From Marsupella aquatica (lineage: Eukaryota > Plantae > Marchantiophyta), in assembly GCA_973895155.1 (NCBI GenBank), contig OZ316899.1:12527934-12591933 (forward strand): DNA of 64,000 bases, in the 5' to 3' direction. Shown in pieces: positions 10,578-22,100 of this stretch (position 1 is its first letter; each line of letters opens with the position of its first letter). The notes under the pieces were generated by a model. It searched no databases, had not been told where the DNA came from, and saw only the letters and a program-made list of their open reading frames with translations. A program made the position numbers and the translations under genes.

Positions 10578-11198
10578 ATGGCCCGAAAGGTAGCTTGTTT
10601 CTTCAATCAGGAGTTGGTTGCCACAGTAAAGGCAGGTCGGGCCCAGTCAGAGGCCCTTCAGAGAATAGAGCGGTACCGAGTGGAGTCCGTGTACCTAAAG
10701 AACAAAGTTGCGGCTCAAGAGGCTGAGCTTCTGCAACTACGACCCAAGGTTGCAGCCGCCAATGAGTTGTTAGCAAAGGCGCACGCTCTTACCGCCCTAG
10801 CCGAACAGGCCAAAGCTGGGAACGAGGCCGAGATTACACGACTCCGGAACCAGATTGACAGTTTGAAGAATCAAACTGTCACCTGGCAGAAAGACCTGGA
10901 GGAGGCCGAGGAACGGGCCCAACGGGACACGGCGGAGATAGCCACGCTGCAGACCGAGGTGGTGCGGCTCCAAACCGAGGCCGAGAAGCAGGACCAGCTG
11001 GCGGGTAAACTGACAAGTGACGCCCAGCAGCTGGAGGAGGCTTGTCAGGAGGCAGCAGAGGAGACGGACGCGGCGAGGCGAGAGAACGAATCTCTGCTGG
11101 ACCAGGTCCAGCTCCTCAAGGCGGACAATGACAGGCTTCGAAGGCAGCGGGATGGCCGCTCCCATTCGGGCGGCTCTGGCAAGCGTGCCAGGCATTAG
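10578..11198 (+). CDS. Coiled-coil C-terminal part of the LTR-B protein (probably joined by a frameshift at about 10300-10520)
   Basis: The frame is open upstream to at least 10341. ARDTGEFMARKVACFFNQEL resembles AMEYGEMCGELALSIFGEEL, which precedes the coiled coil in A. Confidence 0.7.
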   Translation: MARKVACFFNQELVATVKAGRAQSEALQRIERYRVESVYLKNKVAAQEAELLQLRPKVAAANELLAKAHALTALAEQAKAGNEAEITRLRNQIDSLKNQTVTWQKDLEEAEERAQRDTAEIATLQTEVVRLQTEAEKQDQLAGKLTSDAQQLEEACQEAAEETDAARRENESLLDQVQLLKADNDRLRRQRDGRSHSGGSGKRARH

Positions 11199-12094
11199 CA
11201 GCGGAGTAGGAATAGATTAGGATTAGGACTGGCTTAGTCAGGCTCTTGGGACAGGCACCTGCCTTAGGTACAGCAGCGCTGCCGTGCTGTCCAGCCTGCG
11301 TAGATTAGGATCTTCTAATAAGACACAGCCGTTTTCCGGCCTGACTGTCAGCTTAGTTAGGACCTTAGTCAGCGAATCTTCGGCGAGAGGACACCCCGTC
11401 CCTCGCCCCTTAGTATTTAGTGCACCCCTCGGTAGAGGCAGGGGGGTTTTTAGTTGCAGAGTTGGGCGTCCGCGGTATGTGCGTGGAGTCCCGACCTCTG
11501 GGAATGAAAGAGTACCAAGGGGAGGGGGTAGGACTAAGCTCGCCGGGCGAGTGCGGAGCCGGGCTCCGTTGTAGTGTGCACCCTCGGCCTTGGACCTGTT
11601 CATTCCGGGGCTGTCAGGTCAACTAAGTGTACACATATGTTCCCTTTGTAGTAAAATCCTTTCCCATCATTTTCCTTCGTGTAAATCGAGATTGTATGCA
11701 TGTGCGCGTGTATGTGTGTGGGTTTCTCGTATATGGGTGGCAGCGCCAGGCCGAACGCACTACCCGAGACGTGCACAGGGTGCAGCCTGCGGGTAAGTGG
11801 TTGCGAGCACGGGTTGAGGACCTGTATCATCGAATCCGGATCGAAGGCGGACAGCACGAAGGCTTAGAAGCCCTTAAGCCGGGGTTGATCCTGCTATCGA
11901 CTAAGGTACATTCCGGCGGCGGAACACAAACCATACCTAGGAGGTGTCCGTATTTAGCAGTATGCGCACTTAGCGCTAGTTTACGAGAATAAGGTGCATT
12001 ACGTGCTTCCCTTCCTGCCCGAACCCTCAGATTTACGAGGGATGTGCCCGTCTAAGCTGAAGTTTGAGTTAAGGCCGCAGCCGATGACGTGACA

Positions 12095-12999
12095 CCATCC
12101 ATGAATGAATATAGTTCATGACTGGCTACCATGTCTAGTACCATATCAGTAAAGGGTAAGGGAAAATGGTCTTTTAACGTTGCTTCATTCAGCTTCCTGT
12201 AATCTTGACAAACCCGGATCTTGGGTTTACCATCGGGTCCAGCTTTCTTGGGAACTATCACAATTGGAGACACCCAGTCTGAATGTAGGACTGGAGTGAT
12301 GAATCCAGCTTCCACTAGTTTGTCGATTTCCATTTTGACCAGCAGGGAATACTTCGGGTTCATCCTTCGAATTGGTTGTCGAAATGATTTGGCTCCTAAC
12401 ATGAGATCAATTCGATGTTCCCCTAATGTTGGATCTACTCCCTTTAGATCTTGGTGACTCCATGCAAACACATCCTGAAATTCAATCAATAAGTCACTGA
12501 TCTCTCTCTCGAGCTCAGGTGCTAGGTTTCTCCCTAAGTTTAGTTCCCTTCCCTCTCCTAAGTTGAGCTTCCGATATTGCCGTGCTTGGATCATATTAAT
12601 CTGCTTCTTCAAATTCGGGTCCAGCTCGGCGTCCAATCTCTCCAGTCTCATACCTCCATAAACTGGAATCTCGGCTGTACTAGCCGAGTCGGTCTCTTCC
12701 TTGGTGTCCATAGATTGTCCCCTTGCCGGTTTATCCGGTTTTGAATTGGTGGTCGGCTTCCCTTCCTGCCTCGGCTCTGGATTCTGTCTGTGCATCTCAT
12801 CCACCTCTTCCTCCTGAGGGTCAGTCCGCTGTGCTCTCCCGGCTTCTAATAGGGCCTCAATTTGTTCTGCCCTCGTAATCGGCTTGTATGCCGATCCCTT
12901 GGTATTTAATTCCTTGCCGATGATCGATGGCGTTGTGAACCCTGCCGGCTCTACCACAACGCCTGCAGAAAATCCACTGTCCCTGCTACTGCTCCCCAC
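12095..12999 (-). pseudogene. RT N-terminal half of A
   Basis: WVSPIVIVPKK, IRVCQDYRKLN, KDHFPLP and YSFMDG, ending at the B insertion. Confidence 0.93.
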
Positions 13000-13319
13000 T
13001 TAGCCGTTTTATCCAATTGGTCTACATACTTTACTTCCTCTGGAATTGCAGCTAAAAAGGTGGATTCTATTGTAAAGCAGTCCTTGACCTCTTCGTCTTC
13101 TTCTTCCAAGTCACCTTCCATTGGTTCTTGCCATAATCCGCTGGGGGGTACCTCCGGTCCAAAGACACTTTCTTCGGTTAGGTCAGTGAGGCATTCTAGC
13201 CAACGGACTTCATCGGCTGACTCCAGTCCACTATCGTACCCGTCTACCTCCCTGATGCTTTTCCTACGGTCATCCTTAGTGTCCCAGGATACCGTGATAG
13301 AGGGGGTCCCGAAAGTGAA

Positions 13320-13853
13320 CTACTTTTTACCCCAATCTTCTATTACCTCGGCTAGGTATAGCCACGGCCTACCAATCAATAGCCGGAATGACGTAGGATT
13401 TACCGGCTTCATTACTACATAGTTAATGCTAAAAAAAACACCTCCTATCTCTGTCTTGATGCCGGTTAACACTCCCGTGGGAATGACCTGATACCCATTG
13501 GCCATGTTTAGCACTCTTCCAGTCATCTCTAGTGTTAGACCCCACCCTTTTGCTATTGAATCAATCATAATACATACCCCTGATCCTCCATCGATGGGTA
13601 CCCGTAGTAATAATTCTCCTTGAATCATTAATGGTAATGCTGGGGCTCCTTGATCTTCTTCTATCATTAGTACGTCGGATCTGGTCGCTACCTTGGATAA
13701 TCTCGGCTTGTCGAGAATAGCCTTCCTTAATTGCTTCCGGAAGTACGGGCTATTTTTCAATAGTTGACCAACTGTTGCCGAGACTCTAGACTCTAGTACA
13801 TCTTTAGCCAGGTCATAGGGAACAATCGGCTTCTCCTCTGGTGGTGTCTCCAT
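13320..13853 (-). pseudogene. Aspartic protease region of A
   Basis: IDGGSGV catalytic motif and LLIGRPWL. Confidence 0.85.
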
Positions 13854-14186
13854 CTTGGATTCGGCCTATTTTGCCACGCTAGTCTCCACAGCTGTTGGAT
13901 CCTCCAAAGCAAACAATGCTTTTGCTCGTTTCACATCCTTGGCAATGGCTTCGGTATTCTCCAGGGTTTCTAATTCTCTCAGTTGTTCCTTAACACTAGC
14001 CGTAACAGAGGGGTAGAACAACTTAGGATGATCTCGATTGAAGTCGCTATCTTGTGAAGGATTGGGTTCACTGGTGGGCTCATGGCTTACCTGTATTGCC
14101 GGAGCCCTCCCTTCTCCTTCCGTTGATGTTGACGAAGAGTCGATCTTTTCCTCCGTAACCTTCCCTTTATTTTTGGCCAGCCCATC

Positions 14187-15898
14187 TCACCTTTCCTTCC
14201 TTCTGGTAGATCGAGTAGAGACCCGGTAGCAATCATGATCTAAATCCTCTTCTGAGAAGGTTGATAGGGCTTCGGCCTCATCATCAAATGGTACAAACTC
14301 TGCCTCGGCATCCTCTTGCCATCCTAGTTTGATGTGGTTGATTTGAACTCCTCCGGGGGTAGTACCTGGCGGTAAGACCTTTACTGGCAAAAGTTTATGA
14401 TTTGCGGCCAGGCCTGCCACCCAAGTAGGACATTGCCCTAGCATATGACCTTCCTGTCGGCATCCCAGACATAGCTGAGCTGGTTGTCCATCACCCTGTT
14501 TGCGTGCATTCGGGCATTCTCTAGCAAAATGGCCAGGTTGACCACAATTATAGCATGCCGCAAATCTTTGCACATTCGGCCTAGGAGATACTGACGGGTT
14601 CTGAATAATCCGAGGATACATCTCTCCTGGATTGTTCCTTAATCCTGACCACATGGATGCAGGTCTGTTGGATAGGTCTCGTGCTCCAGTCTCACTGATG
14701 CCGAAAACACTATCAGCGGCATCTCCTAAAAAGTACTCTACTTCTCCCTAACATGGTCTGATCTCGGTCACATGCCGAACATGATTAGTATTAAGTTTAG
14801 GACACGCATCTTTATGGTGTCTGGTTTTATAACATAAGGCACACCATACAGAGCTATCCTCCTGTACTACCTTCTTCTTCGGCTTTACCTCTGCAATTAT
14901 AGCCTTAAGTTGCTCGATAAGGGCCACGATGTTATCTGTGGCTTAGCCTCCAGCTTGACTTTCGTCTTCCCTCTCCTTCTGCCCTTCCTTTTCCTAGTTT
15001 TTTCTTCTTCAGAACTAGAAGATGACTCACTCTTGCTACTTCCACTATCCGAGCTTGAGTTATCACTTCTTGACTTCTTAGAATGTTTCTTCTTCTTATC
15101 TTTTTTTTTATGGGGAGATCCCTCCTCTGATGAGGAACTCTCAGACTTAAGCTGTTTCTTCCGGCTTGTGATATCTGCATTAATGTATAATTGAATATCC
15201 TTAATTGCATCGGCTAAAGTCTCCGGGTTCTCCTTCCTAATTGCAAAACTCATCTTCTGTGGCAAAGCATTCACCAACCATTGAAGTTGCATACCTTCAG
15301 ATGCATTGGTCTTTGTACGTCTTACCAGTTTCTGAAAGCGTTGCAAGAACTTCCTGAAGGATTTGTTCTCCTTGAACCGAAGTCGTCCCAACTTCAGCAC
15401 TGCTAGTTCTGAAGTTCCAATGGGTCAAAACTCCTTAACAAAGAGTGTTTTGAAGATATCCCAGATGGCTTGATCTTCCACATCTAATGCTCTGTACCAA
15501 GGCCTAGCCTCACCCTTGAACAGGCCGGGAAGAATCTGCATCTTGATGGCCGATTCTCCATTTGCTGCAGCGGTTCCCTTGAAATCATCCAACCATTCGT
15601 CCGGATCCTCATCTCCTCTCCCATGAAATGCCTTGTAATGTATGCGCGACCGTTGGCTCAGTCTGGTCCCTGGCCTCTCGTCTGGCCGTGCCTCTGGTTC
15701 CCCCATGTCGGTTGGAGACTCACTTCTCCTTACCGACTCTTCTTCTGGTATGTCTTCTTCGACGCCACTTCCAGCTTCGGAGCTACCAGCTCTTTCTGCC
15801 CCTCTCAGTCGCTGTGTATCATGCCACTCGGCGAGCTGCTGCAGTCGAGCTCTCTCCCGTTGAATCACTCTTTCTTCCCTCGGTGTAAGGTCAGTCAT
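14187..15898 (-). pseudogene. gag of A (frameshifted) with three CCHC zinc knuckles
   Basis: Retrotrans_gag-like FHGRGDEDPDEWL...GEARPWY. Knuckles CALCYKTRHHKDAC (about 14800-14845), CYNCGQPGHFAREC and CLGCRQEGHMLGQC. Confidence 0.88.
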
Positions 15899-15945
15899 TA
15901 CCTACGCTTCCTTTTTAACTTCATATCTCACGGCTTAAGAAATGC

Positions 15946-15963
15946 CCCCTCCATCTAGCGCCA
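15946..15963 (-). other. Primer-binding site of A
   Basis: TGGCGCTAGATGGAGGGG, 4 nt after the CA end of the 5' LTR. Resembles the TGGCGCTAGA-type PBS of plant Tat-like elements. Confidence 0.75.
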
Positions 15964-15967
15964 AAAA

Positions 15968-18737
15968 TGTGGTGCGTCCCATGGCTCCCTAAACCCAAGA
16001 AACCCCCCAGCTCAAGCCGATTCCCGCAGGTTTCGCGCTTGGCGAGGCCGTTTCCGCGGCTTAGCGGCATGGGACGCTGCTAACCTTCTACTACTACTAT
16101 TAACATTTTACACACATATACTGGACAGATCCTTCATCGGGTCATGAGATACGTAGCCGGCCTAATCTAGGCCTTCCCTTGTCTTCCCCTCCGTCTTGTT
16201 AGGTATGTTTGGATTCCGCCGCCGGAATGATCCCCAATAGGCTTGGTTAAGCCGCTAAGACCTCTCTCAGCTCGACACATCCAACTCTCACTCCCCTGCT
16301 TACTTTCCTTCCTTCTGTTGTTGATGTGGGCACTCTTCACACAAGTTAATGCGACACACAAATAGCAAAATGACTCCTTCTGACTGAGTCATACCATGCA
16401 CTTGCCATACAAACAGTACATCTCATACACAAGCTCTGCAAACTAAGCCGTGAGGCCAACTCTATTCAGCTCTTAGGCATGAGGAAACATGAATATACAC
16501 AAGGGTCACTGTATGACTAACCGAGAGCTTCCCTTACTACTTGATCCCAGCCCGGCTGGTGCAAACTAAAAACTTGCTAAAGAAGAGGCCCTGAGCTCCC
16601 CGCTGCCCAGGTACTTATCCTGGTAGTGGATCCGCCTAATTCTTTGCAGCGTAAGCCTAATCTACCTAACAGTAATCTACTTGCCCGGATCTACCTATGT
16701 ACAGCAAGGCAGGAGCACAAGTGTTGCTCCTACCAGTGGAACCGCAATCCCACTAAGCTAAGTGTGAGGGCCGCTCCTGGTCCTGATCCTAATCCTAAAC
16801 TTGGAGATCAGCGCCCGCCCTGCCCACTCACGCCTCCTACCTCCACGTCCGCCCTTCCTAAAAGGAACGGCGCCCTTGCACCGTCACGACACCGGTGGTG
16901 GATCCTCAATGGACACCCCCAACGCTTCCTCCTCAGCCACTGCCGTAGGTTCGTTTTCTGACAGATTACCTGCCCTTGACTGAGTCAACTCTCCATCGGC
17001 CTGACTGGGTCCACCATCGGCATCGGCTCGGGAATCATTCTCGGCTACGGCCTCAGCCTCGGCTATGGTCTTAGGGTTTAGGGTCGGCAAGTCTTCCTTC
17101 CTTGGCCTAAACACCTGCTCGATCGTAGGGCTAACAGGTGGTTGAGGCTTCTCTGCTACCGGCCTCGGTGCTGGAGCTTCCTCGGGTGCCCTTACCTGCA
17201 AGGGAAGTACTGGGGCAAAGGTCTGTCCTCTGGCATACCGGCACAACAGCGGCATGTGATAGCCAAGCCGCGACACGCTCCCCATGCCGATTACCTGCTG
17301 CTCCTCCTTTAAGATCTTCTTCAATTGGTTGAGGAGGTAGTCCCGGCTTGGGTCTGGCCTCTCTGCCAGATAGACCTGTGCCTTGCCGATCTCTGCCCTC
17401 GGCAAGTTACAGTGCATGGTCACCCTCAAGAAGTCGATAATCTCTCCTATGTGCGGGTTGGTGCAGGTGTTCCGGAAGAAGCCATTCTTTGTTGATGGCC
17501 CGGGGAACGACCGTAACTCCTTGTCAGGCAAGGTCTTCCTGGTATCAACTTTGGTCTTATTGCCTATCGGCAAGCCAAACACTTCGGCAATCACCTTGGG
17601 AGTAAGATAGAAATCCTTCCCATATATCCTCGTGCAATTGGTCTCGGGTTCCCATGACCCCACGAATTCTAATAGGTCTGAATCCGATACCTCCGGCTTC
17701 AGCCATGGTAATCTTACAAAGGCCTCTAAGCCGGATCCGGCCATGAAGCCTTGGTACTTCTTGGTCTGCACGGCCGTAAAGCATGCATCCTCCTCTCGTG
17801 CAAAATGTAGTTGCACCTCCACCGGTAGGGTTGCCGCCCAGCCTTTCCAGGTGTCATCCCTGGTTGGAATGGCCTTGATGGGATCGACCTCCTCCTCTTC
17901 GGCTTCTCCCTGCCTCCTGCTCTGTTGCTCGGCTGGCTTCTTTGGTGCCGCCGACCTCGTTCTTTTTTCCGGGGTGGCTTCATCATTGACGGCTCCCTTC
18001 CTCTTCATCTCTGCTGCCGTGGAGGTTTCTCCTAGCACCGTTACCTGGGTCCACCTTTCCGTGCTACCCTTTAATTCCCAGTGTATGTCGTTGCAGTTCT
18101 TGATGGCGTCTTGAATGCCGATGATGTTGTCTTTGCAAAACAGAAGATCGTCGAGCTGATTGGAAGTAGGAGTCCACAAGAACTCGTCCTTGATGAGTTC
18201 GCCTCCTAAGAAAGCCGTCTTCTGCAGCTCCCACAATCGAGCGAGCTCCTACCGTTCTCAAGTGCCCTTTCTGATTCCTCGTCCTCGTAAGTCTTGATGT
18301 ACTCAGTTGCCTGTTCGAACAGGCATCCCCAGAAATGTGCCGCTTGATTGACGTTGCTCATACCCTCCTTAGGTCGATCATCGGTATCTACTCTCTCCCC
18401 GAGTGCTTGCCTAAGCAGCTGACAGTAGTTGGCCTCCCATAGTCGTCTGCCTAGTTCGTGCTCGCAAATGAGCCACCATTTCCTGCAAGCGCTCCTTACC
18501 CCTCTCCTCTTCCGGTCCTTCCTCCCCTTGATCCTTCCTAGCCGCCGACGCTTAACGCGCCCTAACCCTAATCGAGTTTTCACCCCCAGCTTCCTTACCT
18601 CCGGCCTCGGCCCGGGTTCCATGGTCGCCCCTAATTGTTTATATTTTCCTTGTTTTGTCCCTATACTAAGGTGTTTCTAGGGTGCATTCCTGCTTTACCC
18701 ACTTAACTGGCCGAGTGATTCCTGTCTAGGCATCACA
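15968..18737 (-). repeat. 5' LTR of A (2770 bp, about 1.9 kb internal deletion)
   Basis: Same termini as 1073-5749. Lacks the segment equivalent to about 2178-4085. Confidence 0.95.
16884..18622 (-). pseudogene. Deleted and frameshifted copy of the LTR-encoded gene
   Basis: Frameshift near 18260. The N-terminal part is fused in frame to the acidic tail through the filler-encoded TLNPK. Confidence 0.85.
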
Positions 18738-19169
18738 GTCCCCTCTCCCAAATTTTCTTCAATGATTGGTAATATCAATCCCGGAGCATTGTCCAATGAA
18801 AATGTTATAGTCTGGAATGAGAAGTCTTGCCCAAAGGTAGGCATCTCCATGATCAGCAATTTTGCAATCTTCTCAATCTTCAAAATGTTGATTCACAACT
18901 CCTAGGATCCTTCTCCCATAAATGTTTCATAAATCTTATGGGTAAGCTTGAAAAGTGAAGAGTTGTGGATCCCATTTCCTCCAATCAGAATAAATTCTCT
19001 CTCCTTGGCACCCTTTGCCTTTCTTCCTAGTATCAAAGAAGTCTTAAGTTAGGGAGATAACTTCCCCACAAGAACATCCTTGGGGGTGGCTTCTCTCCCC
19101 CGTCAAATCCATTCTCCTTTGTCTGGCATTAACGTCCTTTTCTTCTCCAATCTCTTGGTCTCAGGTTGC

Positions 19170-19187
19170 TCCCCGGCAGCGGCGCCA
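19170..19187 (-). other. Primer-binding site of element C
   Basis: TGGCGCCGCTGCCGGGGA, 3 nt after the LTR end. Matches the Athila-type tRNA-Asp-like PBS. Confidence 0.85.
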
Positions 19188-19190
19188 AAA

Positions 19191-22100
19191 TGTAGAGTAG
19201 GGTTTAAGGAAATATGAATTACTTTCCTCTTAAACAACCAGAATTCATTCTCGTTAAGAGCTTGTGAGACCTAAAAGATTGTATTAATATACTTTGAGAT
19301 AGTTAAGCTAACCTATCTCAGATTTTAAGCCTTTACCAACATGCTTAGGTCAGGTGGAAGGAGTTTTTAATACATCCTCAGGTATTGTGATGTTTGTATC
19401 ATCAACAGTGCAATAATCAATTCTAAAAATATAATAAAACAACCAAAAGCCGGAGGCGTAAAGAGAGGATTAGGCGAGCCTTAAATGTCTCATCTCCTCT
19501 CGCCACTTAGCAATCTGTGACTAAGTTAGGCATGATTAAGAGTCAACAGAGAGTCTGACAAAATTAGGCTGATGCCTAAAGCTCATCTTTAAAGCCAACC
19601 ATCTAAGAATTTGTAAAAGATGCATATAAGATAGCCCGTATTAACTTTCTGACCTATGTCAAGACAAAGGTGGTACTGATTACTTCGAACTAACTTATTC
19701 TTCTATTCAATCCTTCGGATTGCTCTTTTAGGACTACACAATTTGTGAGTTCTCGTATGGTGCTTCTTCCACTAATACTTAATAAGCCATAAGTATTCCA
19801 TAGTCAACATGAATCTTTAGACCTTTGCATGGACTCAGGCATGCATTTCCAGTCAGCCTAAAGGTTAACTATGACATTGCTAGTCACTTTCCATAGATTT
19901 TCTAGCAAGAATGGTCACACACTAATGTCCAAACACAAAGCATAGATCACCAAAATTATGAATCTATTACTTCTCTTCAAAGAAGGAAACTTTCAAAAGT
20001 GAAATGCAAGTCTGAGTAAAATGGTGGAAACTTTCCCTCTTATACTTAGGGACAAGTCTCCTCTAAACAAAAGTTGAAGAGGTATGCCCCTTCAATTCCT
20101 AATCTAAGTGTAAAAGTAAAAAGTAATGCTAAAGTCTGAAACTAGACTATGAGATAAAGTGCTCAGCAAAAATTCAAAGTCTAATTCTTCCTATACTAAG
20201 TTTTATAGGGCTTCAAACACGAAACAGGATCAAAAACCGGGTGGGAAACCGGATGGGAAGCCGGTTCAACTTCCGGATGGAATAACTTTTTACTCTTCAA
20301 GAGTTGAAGTGTCAGGCTTCACCGACGTGGAGTCTACTGCTGGATCAATGGAGTTGAGAGGGTTTGGCATGAAAGTGATACCTCCAAAGGTAATAGTAAA
20401 TGGTGAGGTCGGAATGGGTGGAAAATTGGGTGTAACTGTGGTAGAAGTAATATCAGGATCAGGAGAGTCAGCCCATCCTTCTGCTGGTGTCACCTGTGGG
20501 GATGGAACAGTGACTTTCTCTGCAAATTGAGTCTGCTCCTCATCAGAAAGGTCATAGAATTTTTTCAGTTCAGCAAGGATAAGCTTGAGGGCAGAGAGGC
20601 ATTCTTCCACCTTGTCACCATAGTCATGTGCAATTTGGATGACTAAGGGCATGAGAAGGGGATTGGGAACATCAATGAAGTACTGCCTGAATAGTTGGGT
20701 CTGTACCAGGTCCTCTCCCTTGGTTTCTACTAAGGGTTCCAGGTGATCCATAGCTCTGGAAATGTTATCGAAGAGTAGTTGCTCCGCTGTGGTCTTCTCC
20801 TTTGCCTTGTGCAGCAACTGTTCAAGATGATAGTTCTTCTTCTTCTTCTCTTCCTCTAATGATTTCTCTAGCTGCTCAATCTTGAACTTGTTCTCATCTC
20901 CTTTCATCAGGTCCTCCACTTTCTTCACAAGGTCAGCAGGAGCCACACTAGTCACCTGGGAGAGCCTTGAGAGCACTGGTTCCATGATTCCCATCTTGGT
21001 CTTGATGGTCGAAAGATCCTTGAATAAACAAGAAAAATGGTGTAAGGTAGAGTGTGAAAGACCGGCTGAAGAGGTAGTAGCGCCACTCATCGGGTAGGAA
21101 ACCGGGTCAAAAACCGGTTCAGAAGCCGGTTCAGTTTTGTCGAGCTTCCTCTTCTTGGTTGGCCCTACAAAGTTGATCTCTTCCGGCTCTGGGTCATCTT
21201 CAGACTCTGGTAAGCTCTGAATTTCTGGATCCAAGACTCCATATTTCACATAGCTGCTCTTGGTGCCAAATGCACTCTTCTCATGTTTGAATAAGGTTTG
21301 GTCATGAGAGTATAGATGTACCAAGTAACAGGAGAGAGCAGTGGGGGCTCTGTTGGACAGGGCGGAGACCTGCTTCTCTAGAACACTTGAGAAGATAGTA
21401 GCCCATGATACCTCTCTGGTTTTGAAGAAGGAAGCAATGATAGTACTTCCTACTTTAAGAATCACCCTCCTTGGTTTCTCTGGATAGATGAGGGGGACTA
21501 GGAATGCCATCACGTTCCTGAGGTCCTTGTGAGTACACTGGTTGATGGTCCATCCTTCTTTGGCATCCATCTTGCCACCAAAGTATTCCACTGTGAGATT
21601 CTCTCCTCTGGGGCAGAAGCCACTCCCTTTCACTGGTAGCTGAAAAGCTTCTCCAACGAATGCCTTGGTCCAAGCTTCTGGTCGAGCTCGTGCAGTCTTC
21701 TGAAATTCTGTGGGAGGAACTCCTGCCAGCACTTCCCTTACCATGTCTTCACTCAGAAATCCCCAAGTAAGATCCATCAAGGAGGCACAGCCCATTAGTG
21801 TAAGATCTTTTCGGAGCTGTTCCTTCTCAGCTGCATCAGTAGGAATGAGGGGTCTCAAGGGCTTCATGGTGATCTGAGCCTCCTTCCTCTTTGAACATCG
21901 TACTTCAGGCTTTACTGGAGTCCCACTCTGAGTCTTGGAAGAAGGACTGCTCTTGGCACTCTTCATACTGCCTGGTAGTTGGAGTAGCAAACAGATTTGA
22001 ACCGGTGAAGGCAGAAGGTAGGAGCTAGAAGTGAATATAGCCTCTATAATTACTCCGTCGCGTATATCAGCCAACCTTCTCCATCTCAGCACACTTTCAG

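Larger units (their letters stand above)
8105..12094 (+). mobile_element. Solo LTR B (3990 bp) inserted into the RT of A
   Basis: Termini TGTGACG...CGTGACA and 5-bp TSD CCATC (8100-8104 and 12095-12099). Removing it restores FMDG-YSGY. It has no gag/pol and no internal direct repeats. Strand assigned from its ORF. Confidence 0.88.
1073..18737 (-). mobile_element. Ty3/Gypsy LTR retrotransposon A (non-chromovirus, Athila/Tat-like), complete but decayed
   Basis: TG...CA LTRs at 1073-5749 and 15968-18737, 5-bp TSD GTCCC, PBS, PPT, and domain order gag-PR-RT-RH-INT. Confidence 0.95.
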
